Assembly: GCA_040437565.1 (NCBI GenBank)
Contig: JBDOQK010000063.1
Coordinates: forward strand, 1-64,000
Direction: 5' to 3'
DNA: 64,000 bases
Source: Albugo candida
Lineage: Eukaryota
Shown here: positions 11,557 through 23,975 of the stretch, piece by piece
Position numbering within the stretch: position 1 is the first letter of the stretch
Layout of the letters: every line of letters starts with the position of its first letter
Program-made: the position numbers and the translations under genes
The notes under the pieces: model-generated
Told to the model about the DNA's origin: nothing
The model's database searches: none
Seen by the model: the letters and a program-made list of their open reading frames with translations, nothing else

Positions 11557-12856
11557 ATGAAAGCTTTTCTATTCAAAACATTCACTGTTGCTGTACTTGG
11601 GGCCTTCCAAGCGCATCGACGTTTTGTCGCTGCCGAACACGTCAATTTGGTCCGCGTGCCACAAAGCAAGAAACCCGCGAAATTTGATTATGGATTGGAA
11701 GCCACATTAATAAGCTCCTTCGACTCTCTCGAAACACTGTCNNNNNNNNNNNNNNNNNNNNNNNNNNNNNNNNNNNNNNNNNNNNNNNNNNNNNNNNNNN
11801 NNNNNNNNNNNNNNNNNNNNNNNNNNNNNNNNNNNNNNNNNCACTGTTGCTGTACTTGGGGCCTTCCAAGCGCATCGACGTTTTGTCGCTGCCGAACACG
11901 TCAATTTGGTCCGCGTGCCACAAAGCAAGAAACCCGCGAAATTTGATTATGGATTGGAAGCCACATTAATAAGCTCCTTCGACTCTCTCGAAACACTGTC
12001 TTTGATGGTCCAGCGTGAAGGTCCAAAAACTATTCACGACTGGAAGACATGTTCCTCAGATGGAAATTCCAAGTGGGGAGCGAATGAATGTCGCTTACAT
12101 TCCATAGAGGAGGCACACTATGTTTCTGGATGGAGATTACAGCAGAATGCGTTGCAAGACTTGATCAGCAAGGGAGAGCTACACGTTTTCGACCGTAGAA
12201 TCTTTATCGATCCACGAGCTTATATAATAAATCATCCGGCGATTTACTCATTCAAATTTTTGGAGAAGGAAAAAGTGTATCAGCTCCACTTTGGAGATGA
12301 TAGAAAACTCTCCCCCGGTAGTGGGAGCACTGAACCTGATTACGTTTTCGAGGAAGAAGAACGGAAAATTGAATTATTTGGGAACATATATGAAGCAGGT
12401 CGATTGCAGTTCAATCCTGGCAAGGAAGCCATTATGATACCACATGAACTCTTGATTCATCTCGTCCAGACTATACCAATTGGTCTAAGCGTATCAAAAA
12501 ACGGTTTGTATGAAGGAGACTGGTCCAAGTTGGAGAAGCATCTCAAAGCCAGCAGCAGAGTTTACCCCGGTATCGTCATCTATTATGGGAACAATGAAAG
12601 GACGCGAGTAATTCACTACAGCAGTTTTATCCTCAAAAGCACCAAAAAATGTGTCGTTCTTCTAGAGAATTCAAATCCGTGTGTCCCGGGTGAGAACTCA
12701 AATCTAGGTGTCCTGAATGAGAACTCAAATCTGGTTGTCTTGAATCTTTCCATCTTACAAAGTTTCGCGGTTATTATTGACACAAAGGATCCAAAGATGA
12801 AAATGATTCTCGAGCTTTATCCATCAAGGCATGAGAAAATGGCTCGTTGGAAATAA
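11557..12856 (+). CDS. Predicted secreted protein, highly divergent pepsin-fold-like, no DTG/DSG motifs
   Basis: Signal-peptide-like start MKAFLFKTFTVAVLGAFQAH. C-lobe pattern QFNPGKEAIMIP...GLYEGD...CVVLL...VLNLSILQSFAVIIDT. The ORF is continuous once the gap-overlap duplication (11742-11841 plus repeated flank) is collapsed. Confidence 0.7.
12664..12744 (+). repeat. In-frame 27-bp tandem repeat, three copies (ENSNPCVPG/ENSNLGVLN/ENSNLVVLN)
   Basis: The gagaaytcaaatcy unit repeats at 27-bp spacing inside the 11557 CDS. Confidence 0.8.
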
Positions 12857-12879
12857 TCAGAAGACGAAAGGAGTTTATG

Positions 12880-13470
12880 CGGTGAGAGGTGCAGTATTTC
12901 AGTAGCGTGAATCTCAATATAAATTGCAAGACTAATTCGCCCATGATAACGCTTACCACTCCATCGGAATGGTCATTCTGTACAATGCTATGCATCCATG
13001 CAGTATACCGAAACATTTGTTCAAATCGGCGAGTGCTACCTGGTTCACAGACTGTCATCGATACGCTAAACTTTACTATGCAGGAGTGGATAGGCAATGA
13101 GAGACACTACATGATCCACGAGGTGCTGCATGCACATGAGATAGTGGCACCCACAATCTTCCACTTCTATCCGCATAAACAGTGGACGTGAGCGTGAGCA
13201 CAGATCCAAAAGAGCTAATGGAAGCCAAGACACGAAGAGTTCTTTGTTCTTCCAGAGGTTGACGATGACCATGTAGGGGACATATTGATGTTGAATATTC
13301 CTTTGCGCATACAAACTTCCTGCATTCAGTCCTGTGGAGTCGATCCCTACCAGTAAAGAGGACCTGATAATACTAGATTGTCTTGAATGATAGCGTGCTT
13401 GTAGTACATTACCTTTTAGACCACCATCTTGTCGATTGGGTTCCCACATCAGGTACAACTCTGGTGGCAA
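12880..13470. pseudogene. Degenerate gene-like relic of unknown product, inverted homolog of 28270-28930
   Basis: Shared strings include catgatcc(a/c)cgaggtg(c/g)tgca, aatggaagccaagacacga and gcatacaaacttcctg. All frames are broken. Confidence 0.45.
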
Positions 13471-14049
13471 AGCCCGAGTTCATGCATTAATCTTACGGTC
13501 GTCTCACCAGAGCCTTTCGAATCGCACACAGAGCCATTACCGCGACATCTTCTTTATCACCAAACGGGAAACAGTAAAGAAGAATTGCAACCATCATTGC
13601 CATTTGTGTTATGCCCAATTGCACAGTCTTCGCGGTTCCATCATCGAGTAGAAGCCATACACAAGCGGAGCGCGCTGGACACGTTCGATTGAATTTCGGT
13701 CTGTTATAGCGCACAATCAGAACAATCGATCATTTTGTAATCCAAATTAGTGGACTCGCCGGTAGCATCCATCTCTGGCTATCGTATTCATTTGTCACGT
13801 TGTCCTTGTGTGTGTCCTCATCGTGCTCTATCAGCGCCATTGTGTTGTCGGTATTTATATCCTCTTTCTTTTTATAATAGCCGAAAAAAGGTACGACTCA
13901 TTTATTCTACCCGTTTCAATGAATATCGAACGCATTTTAGCATTCAATAATTTATTGGTAGATAATCCAGACTCAGAAGTACAAAACGACTGGCGGACAA
14001 GCATACTCAGACTCTGCCTCAGATTAACAAATACGCATCAGCCGACAAA

Positions 14050-15125
14050 ATGACAGCCACGGAAGACTACCGCGTTGCAGACATATCGCTGGCAGATTAT
14101 GGCCGTAAAGAAATCGAAATCGCTCAGATCGAAATGCCGGGTTTGATGAAATGTCGTCAAGAGTTTGGTGAGCAGCAGCCATTAAGTAATGCTCGTATTG
14201 CCGGATCCTTGCACATGACCATCCAAACGGCTGTGCTAATCGAAACGCTGAAAGCACTCGGAGGGAATCTTCGGTGGTGCTCGTGCAACATCTTCTCCAC
14301 ACAGGACCACGCAGCTGCAGCAATCGCACGCGATGCTTCTGCTGCAGTTTTCGCGTGGAAAGGAGAGTCGCTGGAAGAGTACTGGGAATGCACTTTGAAT
14401 GCCATTACGTGGCCGACAGACGATGGGAAAGGAGATGGACCGGATCTTATTGTCGACGATGGAGGCGACATGACACTTCTCATACATGAAGGATATTTGG
14501 CTGAGCGAGCTTTTGCTGAAAATGGAACTCTTCCGGATCCTGCATCAACGGATAATGCGGAAATGAAGTGTGTTTTCAATATCATTCGTCAAACACTGAA
14601 AAAGGATCCAAAAAAATGGCATAAAGTGGCTGCACGTTGTAAAGGAGTGTCTGAAGAAACTACGACGGGTGTTCATCGATTGTATCAGATGGAAAAAAGT
14701 GGTACCTTACTGTTCCCTGCAATCAATGTGAATGACTCGGTGACCAAATCGAAATTCGATAATCTCTATGGATGTCGTCATTCTTTACCGGATGGGATCA
14801 TGCGGGCAACAGATGTGATGCTTGCTGGGAAACGCATCGTCATTTGTGGATTTGGTGATGTTGGCAAAGGATCTACACAAGCGATGAAAGCAGCTGGAGC
14901 GATTGTATCTGTGACAGAAGTCGATCCCATTTGTGCGTGAGAAGCTTGTATGGAAGGATTCCAGGTCGTAAGGCTGTCAACGATTGTGTTGACCGCGGAT
15001 ATTTTCATCACTACAACTGGTAACAAAGATATTATTATGGCAGCAGATATGGTCAAAATGAAAAAAATAATGCCATTGTCGGTAACATTGGGCATTCTGA
15101 TAATGAGATAGATATGGCTGGCGGC
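14050..15125 (+). pseudogene. AHCY: S-adenosylhomocysteine hydrolase (adenosylhomocysteinase), disrupted and 3'-truncated
   Basis: [71 protein letters not shown]. In-frame TGA at 14938-14940 (DPICA*EACMEGF), +1 frameshift in the A-run near 15061, and homology ends after DNEIDMAG. Confidence 0.9.
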
Positions 15126-15463
15126 TTAAATACAACCCGTCGGTACAGACGTTAGTACTTGACATGATGGGAGGCTCTCTTTGATTGACCTCCATCGATT
15201 CTTGGACGTGTTTTCTTAAAGGAGCGTATAACGCTGTATATACGCAATCGTATCGTCCGCAGATACCAAAGGAGTTTAGCTACATAGCATCTCGAGTAAG
15301 TAGGCTACTNNNNNNNNNNNNNNNNNNNNNNNNNNNNNNNNNNNNNNNNNNNNNNNNNNNNNNNNNNNNNNNNNNNNNNNNNNNNNNNNNNNNNNNNNNN
15401 NNNNNNNNNGCCAGGAGATGGTTCATTGCACACAAGAGCCTTTCACGCTATAGTATGTTTCGA

Positions 15464-15721
15464 TTAACCGTTAACTGTTTCCTCTTCTTGTGCTCGTAAT
15501 CTTCGGTCGCGTGCATCCATCATTCGATCCCAATCCGTCAATAGTTGTAATTTACTCTATACGCGAATTTGATGAGAAATTCCATTAGCAGCAGGGTGAG
15601 ATCACATGCATACCTGTCCGTTGTTCCTTGCTTGTGAGCGTGTGACCCAACCCAGTCCAACTCCCATTGTGGTGATTGCGCCGATCATGATAATAATTCC
15701 TGGAAGCGTTTGGTACGGCAT
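15464..15721 (-). CDS. NDUFA1: Complex I accessory subunit NDUFA1/MWFE (intron 15557-15613); missed by the ORF track
   Basis: Spliced product MPYQTLPGIIIMIGAITTMGVGLGWVTRSQARNNGQ/SKLQLLTDWDRMMDARDRRLRAQEEETVNG*. It has a single N-terminal TM helix plus the DWDRxMxxRDRRL motif. Confidence 0.85.
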
Positions 15722-15969
15722 CCGAGTATTTATGTTTCTTACATTCACGCAACCGTCGTAGCCAGTGTAAGTCGCAAAGGCCTGTATCCGTACATTAGTG
15801 CAACCAACTGAATCAGCTCATGCAACATAAATTGCTGCTCGTTGATTCAAAATTCGAATTCTAAAATGTTTGAAGACTATTTGCCTCCTCTAACATCAAC
15901 TACCTCTTTTCTACACAGCATTCATCACAATACGAGGTACATTATTGTGCTATGTTAAGGCTGTAAGCA

Positions 15970-16555
15970 TGATACATTGACGGGAAATGTCGTAGATGTG
16001 GCGCAACCAAGCGGCAAAGTCGCTTCAACTCACGAGTCAAATGCGCTGGTAAATGTTTTGGAGTATGCTGAAATGCTGAAAAAATTACGATCAGAATTGG
16101 GAAAGCAGAATACGGCGACTCTGTCCACGCAAATGAGTGGATTGATAATTGTGCAACGAAAGCAACGATTCACTTGTCGTTTACCTCATCCGATGGCAGC
16201 CAACTGGCAGCCAAAGTGACTGCGGTGTGCTTGCGAAGAACGGTTTCTATCAGAAAGACAAAACGTAAGCTTCAAAGAGAATGTGTGAGCCTCTCAAAAC
16301 GACTAAACGCTCAGTTTACGGAGACAATGTTCCAATCGGTGCCTTTTCGGAGGCATTCGATAGCGCCTGCTATCAACAAGCGACCTCAAAAGCGGAGTGC
16401 AAACTGTCGAATGCGGTCACATCGACGAGACTCCCTTCATGCAACATTTCCGAGAAGAGTTGAGTTAATTACAAAACAATAGATCAGATTTGTAGGAATT
16501 GCAATAAAATATGCATTCGTCGCAATGTGTCAGATATTTCGAGGGAAGTGTGACA
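15970..16555 (+). pseudogene. Degenerate Cys-rich ORF, inverted homolog of 23410-23975
   Basis: Best reconstructed frame: CRRC..KCAGKCFGVC*..CATK..ECKLS..PSCN..ICRNCNKICIRR, with stops and frameshifts in both copies. The true frame is uncertain. Confidence 0.4.
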
Positions 16556-18702
16556 TAGCGGCGGTGCAACCGTTAGATGGAAATAACCATAGTGGCATGC
16601 ATCCATGAATGTGCTGCCAAGCACGGCTTGGATCGCACATATTTCTGGCGAGAAATCTCGCTTTCATGGATGCATGTGTGAGCTTCTTCTCTTCAGAGTC
16701 TCTTGGTCCGAGTTTATGACCGGCTTGGCTCGACTAGCGACTCTAATGTAATGCTAATAGTAGTTTTCATGGATTGAATCGCACGATGATAACCAGCCTG
16801 TATTAGTGAATTTGTCGATTGATCGCGGCAAAAGAGATCACCCATCTAATGCTCCTTGTCTTTTTAGAACTTTCGGCTCTTCCAATTTCTTCGGCATCTC
16901 GAAGTTTTCATTGACGACTTTTTGTCTACTTTAAGGGTACAAAGTCTGTAAATAAGAATTTGAAAGGCGACACACTCCTATTAACTTTTTGCATGGCGCA
17001 TATGTTGTCAATCTTATGGAATATTTCGATAAGTATCGTTTTTCGAATACAATTTAGCTATCTCTTATAGCGCTCTTCAGTTGATTATAATTAAACACTG
17101 AGTGTTGTGAGGAACGCAAAATCAAGTTTGGACTCCTTTGTAGGTACTCTTTAGTGCATTGCAGGATTAGTTCTTATCTGGATGCAGTATGCAATACAGC
17201 ACCCGTTAAGCTCACTGGGAGATCGACAAAGCATTTATCATTTTTCCGATACTTTGTAGAGTATTGCCAGACACCAAAACGTGCCCTGTTTTTCTCCTCG
17301 TCTCACCAAAATGTACTATTGGGTGTGGAATGATGCTTTGTATTAATTCATCCATTAGAGATTTCAATAATGCTGTCTTACAACTTGAATCAAATACCGC
17401 AAAGTATTTATCAATAGCGAGCGTTCCGAAGGGTTGATCACCGGACACATGCTAAAGAATCCCTCGCTATGTACTAAATGATACTGTAGTTCACGTTCGG
17501 TCGGCACATCCTCATGATGAGCTGCACATTTCGATTTCTAGCTGCATAACTTCTTCGGTCTCTGTAAACTATAAGTGAGTTAACAGATCAGCTTCAAAGC
17601 TCGTTGAAGTACCCTCTTGCTGCATTGGGTGTGTCCAGTGTACGAACGAATAGTGTTCGCAACACGTGTTAGTATCCGTACTGTACCTCCAATGTTGAAA
17701 GTCTAAACGAGAGTTGCAAGTTAGCATAAACCTCCTTACAGCGCTTCCGAGATCTTGTAGATCTAGCTGTAGCGATTTACTCTAAACTGGGAACATGTAA
17801 AAGATGCATCAAAGGAATTTAACCTTCTCTGGATACACAGGATAATGTAGGGGATCTTTCTACGAAGCGTTCACTGAAAAGTTGTAGTGTACTATTGAAG
17901 GCCATATCTGTTATAGGCTGACAAGTAGATTGGAAGTCTCTAGTGACGTGCATCAATACGATGCAGGTTCACGTATCAAAAAGGCGAGAAGTTTTAGTCT
18001 TATAGCCTATATAGCAAATAGAATTCTAGGAACTATACATTACGGTGAAATAAAGGGAACGATAGAGCAAGTCCTGCTTGCAGAAATCATATTAAGTAAA
18101 CCAGAACGCTTGAGTGAACAACTTTTAGGATGGCGTTCGCCACTTTATAGCGTGCTCAGGCTAAACTAAAAGCATCTCCCTCATCGATCGGCCATGAACA
18201 ATAAGGTGACGGTCGTTCGAAAGAATGTATGAGTACATCCAGAACAAGCTTTGATTGAGGCTTTTATAGGTAAAGACTTGGTTAAAAGTGCTCACGAAGA
18301 CATATTCTTGATGTTTAATGCCATATAGAGCACGGTTCCTGCATTGTCGGTTGTGTTATAAACTTTTGCGGCGCTGTATTGGCTACTGAGCATCAAAAGA
18401 ATTTGATCTTCTTCAATACACTAAAGTTTCCCTACAAAGGAGTCCAATTCTGAGTTCGCGTTCCTCACAAAACTCAGTGTTTAATCATCAACTGAAGAGC
18501 ACTACAAGGAAATAGCATGATTGTTTCAAATAAGATACTCATCGAAATATTCTGTAAGGTTGACAACATATGCGCAATGCAAAAAGTCAATAGCGGTGTG
18601 CAGCCTTTCACATTTCTTATTTATAGATTTCCTACCCTTTAAGTAGACAATAAGCCGCTAATGAAAACCTTGAGCTGCCGAAGAAATTGGAAGAGCCGAA
18701 AG

Positions 18703-18855
18703 TGTTGATGATGGTGTAGATCACATTGAAAACTATAGGCGATGCGGGAGATTCTATTATTATATTTACTGTGTTTAGGAATCTAAAAGATAATAAACGC
18801 ACTTTTCACTTTTCCGGAACGTCGCGCCTCTCCTTCCAACCCCTTTGATTCAACA
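18703..18855 (+). repeat. Copia 5' LTR
   Basis: tgttgatgatgg...gattcaaca, direct repeat of 22902-23051 with roughly 10 substitutions and a small indel. Confidence 0.95.
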
Positions 18856-21800
18856 GGTTATGAGCCCAAGCTCGATGGACCAGAACGACGTATTGCTTGA
18901 AGATAATTATTTCGTATGGGAGTTTAATGCTCGGATGAGGTTAGCAAGGAAAACTTCCACGGACACATCGATGCATTAAAGATTCCGAATGAGGGCGATC
19001 CAGCAATCGAAATGTGGAAAGTCAATGACGTCAAGTCCTTCGCCATCATTGCGACAATGATCAGCCCGAAACCCAGTCATTAATTCGCTCCACTACAAGT
19101 ACAGCTGAAGCGTGGGAAATCTTGAAAAACTTTTTCGTTCGGCGAAACACGCACAATCGCGGACAAATAAGACGACAAGTGCACGAGTTCAAAATGGAAA
19201 AGGGTGGAAATCATTGGAACACCTCATGAAATTTGAGGAGATTTGCACAAGAATGGCTGCGATTGGAGACAATTTGAACCAAGACGAACAAATCATCTTG
19301 CTATTAGGCAGTCTGTCCGATGAATACCACTCAATCGTAAAAATCATCGAAAAAAAACATACCAAATATGGATATATTACAAGCGAAAGAAATGATCCAA
19401 CGTGAATATGAATCGCTGCAACGAAAGGAGTCCGGGGAACTTGCTTTGAAAGCAACGAAGCAGCAGTCCATAAAAGAAAGACGAGGAAACCATAAACAGC
19501 GGGATGGAGCTGTAGAGAAGCTCAATGGAAAGTATTATGGATGTGGACGTACTGGATATAGAATAGCGGAATTTCGTCAAAATCGACAGCAGTGTGGACG
19601 GCAACCAAGCAGCGAGCACGCATTCATGGCGTCAAACAACAAATCTGACATGAATTGGTTACAAGATAGTGGTGCCAGCAATCACATGAGTCCATTTCAA
19701 GAAGAATTCACGGATCTCGAGCAACTCAAATCATCAATTCAAATCACTGTTGCAAATGGCCTTCAACTAACAGCCACAAAGATTTGGAACCGTTCACGTT
19801 ACACTCGAAATTGGAGCTCAAGTAAACATTTATGATGTTCTATTGGTACCAGGCATGGATAGACGACTACTGTCAGTATCAGCTTTGTTGTCAAGAGGAC
19901 TCGTAGATAAATTTGAAGGAAAATGGTGTAGCATCATGAAAAACGGTCAACTGGTGACAAATCTCAAGAAAAAATAAAAGCTGTACGCATTGCGATGTTC
20001 ATCCAGCGTGAAGAATGCCAGTCAAGCAAATTCGAAACAAGATTTGAAATTATGGCATGCACGCCTTGGACATATATCGATGTCGAATCTGAAAAACGTC
20101 AGTAAATGTGTCGACGGAATGAACGTGGATTTGAATCAAGAAGATGATCATGAAATGTGTGTAGCATGTATAAATGGGAAAATGAATGTGGAATCATTCC
20201 CAAAATCAAAGAATAGTGAGATCAAGACCTCCGGAGTCCTAGAAGTTATACACAGTGACGTAATGGGTCCCATGCAAATCAAATCACACGGGGGTGCAAA
20301 ATATGTTGTCACGTTTATCGACGATTACTCCAGATATACTTTCGCCTATTTCCTAGCATCGAAGATTGAAGTGTTCGAGAAGTTTGTGGAATATAAAGCT
20401 TTGATGAAGAATCAAATAAACAAAAGGATCAAGTGTATTCGAACCGACAACGGGGGAGAGTACATCAACAAGAAGCTCACATACCTTTGTCGCCGCCCGG
20501 GATGACACATCAAACAACTGTCTCTTACTCGCCTCAGCTAAACGGTTTGGCTGACCGAATGAACCGTACATTGATGGAGCAAGCTCGATGTATGATAGCC
20601 TGGAAGAGTGTCGACAAGCAGTGGTGGGCGGAAGCAATTAATACAGCGGTGTATATCAACAATCGCGTTCCATGCTCAGTTTGGAAATCCAAGACACCTA
20701 TTGAAATTTCTTGGGAACGCGACCGAATTTGGTCAACTTGTGTGTTTTTGGATCCAAAGGTTTTGCACACATCGGCAGGGCAAAGAGACAAAACCTGGAT
20801 GATAAAGGATTCTCTTGTATGTTTGTCGGATACTCGGCGATGACAAAGGGTTATCGAGTGATTGATTCCAGAACAAACAAATTGGTGATAGTGCGAACAG
20901 CTGTATTCGAATAATCGAACAAGATCAAGCACGTTCAAGTGGTGGATGGTCACTTGGGGTAGAGTATGGTGCGAACATTGACCGCGAACATGATGAGGAT
21001 GTACAAGTTGATAATATTGTACCAAGACGTGATGTTGATGTTGAAATGGAGGAAACGCATCAGCAATCATCATCGCAGCTTGACGTCAACGCATGATATG
21101 GATATGGATATTGAAGAAAGTGCTTTAACGGACAATTTCTCCAATACGGCTATGGTGCCGAGGGAGAGAAGATATGATGATGAAGTTTTAATTGTGGTAC
21201 GCATTCTAGACGACACAATCTGAGAGGGAATCCACAATTAGCACTCATGGACGGTGGTTACTCAGACGCAATCGACCTTATAAGAGCGATTCAGTTGAAG
21301 GTGATGGACGACCGAAGAAACGATACAGACTCGAAGATGAAGAAGCTAATGCAGCGCTGGAAGTACCAGGTTGCTATCAAGGTGTAAGAAAATCACCAGA
21401 AGCGGAGCAGTGCTTTGAGGATATCAGAGCGGAATTGGCAGCTTTGGAGGATAAGTCAACTTGGACCGTAGTAAAACGTTCACCAAGTCAGAAAGTGATC
21501 GGCACCAAGTGGGTATTTTCAATCAACAAGAATGGAGAAATCCAACGTTATAAGGAAAGACTTGTCACACTTGGCTATCGACAAACCCCAAGCATCGACT
21601 ACTTTGAGACGCACTCTCCTGTTGCAAGTTTGAATTTAATTCGTGTATTTTTGGCATTATGCTGTCACCGAGGTTATCATGTGCAGCAATATGATGTGGA
21701 TACGAATGGAACTCTGGCAGAAGATGTATTCATCTGGCCACCGGAAGGAGTATCAATTCAACCAAACCATGTTTGCAAGCTGAGCAGAAGTTTATATGGT

Positions 21801-22901
21801 CTAAAGCAAGCAGCTGTCACATGTACAAGTTGATCTCAAATATATTTGAGATAAAACTAGGATTCAATCGATGCAAGACGGATTCTTGCACTTTTTGTTC
21901 GACAAGGGGGACATGATTACACATACATTGCGTTTTATGTTGACGATAATATGCTGATTGGAGCAAGAAGTTTGGAAATGATTAACAAGATCATGCTTCA
22001 ATTGAGGAAAGAGTTTTCACCCAAAACACTTGGTCAAGTGAGACATATTCTTGGTACGGAAGCTGAGTATCGTCAAGTAAGCGAGTGATGAAGATCTTCC
22101 AGGCAGCATGCATTTCGAGAATGATCGACAAGTCCAATCAAGTTGACTCGAAACCAGTATACAACCCAACAGTTGTGGGTTAGTCATTGACGAAAAGTGA
22201 GACCGCAGATCGACAGATGAAGAAGCGGCTTTTTCGATCGCTGGTTGATCATTACTTTACATTGCGAATTGAACAAGACCTGATATTACATTTGCTGTAT
22301 GTCAGCTAAGTCGGCACCTTGAAAATCCAACTGAGGAACTCAAAAAGGCAGCAATTCGAGTGCTGCGATATCTCAAGTAGACCAAAATATGTGGAGTTTG
22401 GTTTCGATCTAGCCAAGATCTACAGGTTTGTGCGTATAGTGACGCAAATTGGGCAGCATCCAAGGAAAATCGCCGATCTATGTCATGTATCATGGTTATG
22501 ATGAATGGATCACCTTTATTTTCAAGTCAAGATTACAGAGAGTTGTCGCTTTAAGTACCGCCGAAGCAGAATCCGTCGTACTATCTATTTTTATCCAAGA
22601 AGTCATATTGATCAAGAGTTTTCTGGAAGAGTTGGGAATTCAAAAAGAGTCGGTGATTACTGTATATGAGGACAATCAGAGTGCAATTGCTATTGCAAAG
22701 AATGATGGGTATCAAAGCCGAGCAAAGCACATCGACATTCGTCATCATTTTGTCCGTGAACAAGTTGAATTTGGAAAGATCAAATTGAAGTATGGTAATT
22801 CAAAGTGTCAAGTGGCCGATTATTTGACCAAGCCACTAGCGACTAACCAATTCCAAGAGTTATTGAAGAAGTCAAATGTTGGAGATTGCAAGTCGAGGGA
22901 G

Positions 22902-23051
22902 TGTTGATGATGGTGTAGACCACATTAACTAAAGGCTATGCGGGAGATTCTATTATTACATTTACTGTAGTTAGGAATCTAAAACTTAATAAACGCACTT
23001 TCCACTTTTCCGGAACGTCGCGCCTCTCCTTCCAACCTCTTTGATTCAACA
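22902..23051 (+). repeat. Copia 3' LTR
   Basis: Direct repeat of 18703-18855, preceded by a purine tract. Confidence 0.95.
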
Positions 23052-23409
23052 GAAAGTTCTAAAAAGACAAGGAGCATTAGCTGGGTGATCTCTATTGCCG
23101 CGACCAATCGACAAATCGACAAATATAGGATGGTTATCATCGTGCGTTATAGATTATATGAGTATGCAATTGGTGAGGCGCAAGAATATCAATCCATGAA
23201 AACTACTAGAGCATTACATTAGAGCTGCTAGCTGAGCCAAGCCGGTCATAAACGCGGGCCAAGAGACTCTGAAGAGAAGAAGCTCACACATGCATCCATG
23301 AAAGCGAGATTTCTCGCCAGAAATATGTGCGATTCGAGCCGTACTTGGCAGCACATTCATGTATGAGGCAGGTTTGGTTGTTTCCATCTAACGGCTGCAC
23401 CGCTGCTAT

Positions 23410-23975
23410 GTCATACTTGCCCCGGAATATCTGACACATCGCGACGAATGCATACTTTGTAGCAATTCTTACAAATCCGCTCTATTGTTTTGTAATTAAC
23501 TCTACTCTTCTCGGAAATGTTGCATGAAGGGAGTCTCGTCGATGTGACCGTATTCGACAGTTTGCACTCCGCTTTTGAGGTCGGTTGACAGCAGACACGA
23601 TCGAATACCTTCGGCAAGGCACCGACTGGGACATTGTCTCCGTAAATCGAGCATTAAGCCGTTTTGAGAGGCTCTCACATTCTCGTTGAAGGTCATGTTT
23701 TGTCTTTCAAGACGAAACCGTTCTTCGCACGCACACCGCAGTCATTTTGGCTGCCATCAGAAAAGGTATACGACAAGTGGATCGTTACTTTCGTTGCACA
23801 CTTTTTAATGCACTCGTTTGCGTGGGCAGAGTCGCCGTATTCCGCTTTCCCAGTTCTGATCGCAATCTTTCAGCATGCGCCAAAACATTTACCAGCGCAT
23901 TTGACTTACGAGTTGAAGCGATTTTGCTGCTCAGTTGTGCTATATCGACGACATCATCGTCAATGAATCATGCAT
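23410..23975 (-). pseudogene. Second copy of the degenerate Cys-rich ORF
   Basis: Reverse-complement match to 15970-16555, e.g. SKAECKLSN.VTSTRLPSCNISEKS. Confidence 0.4.

Larger units (their letters stand above)
18703..23051 (+). mobile_element. Ty1/Copia LTR retrotransposon, full-length but degenerate
   Basis: LTRs 18703-18855 and 22902-23051 (TG...CA). 5-bp TSD GAAAG (18698-18702 / 23052-23056). Copia-type PBS GGTTATGAGCCCA and PPT GAGGGAG. Domain order gag, protease (WLQDSGASNHM), integrase (WHARLGH, HSDVMGP, IRTDNGGEY), RT (SLYGLKQA, YVDD), RNaseH (EDNQSAI..KHIDIRHHF). Confidence 0.97.

Noticed and set aside
14938-14940. TGA in SAHH as selenocysteine or readthrough
   Set aside because: The position is a conserved Leu, not Cys, and a downstream frameshift and truncation also break the gene.
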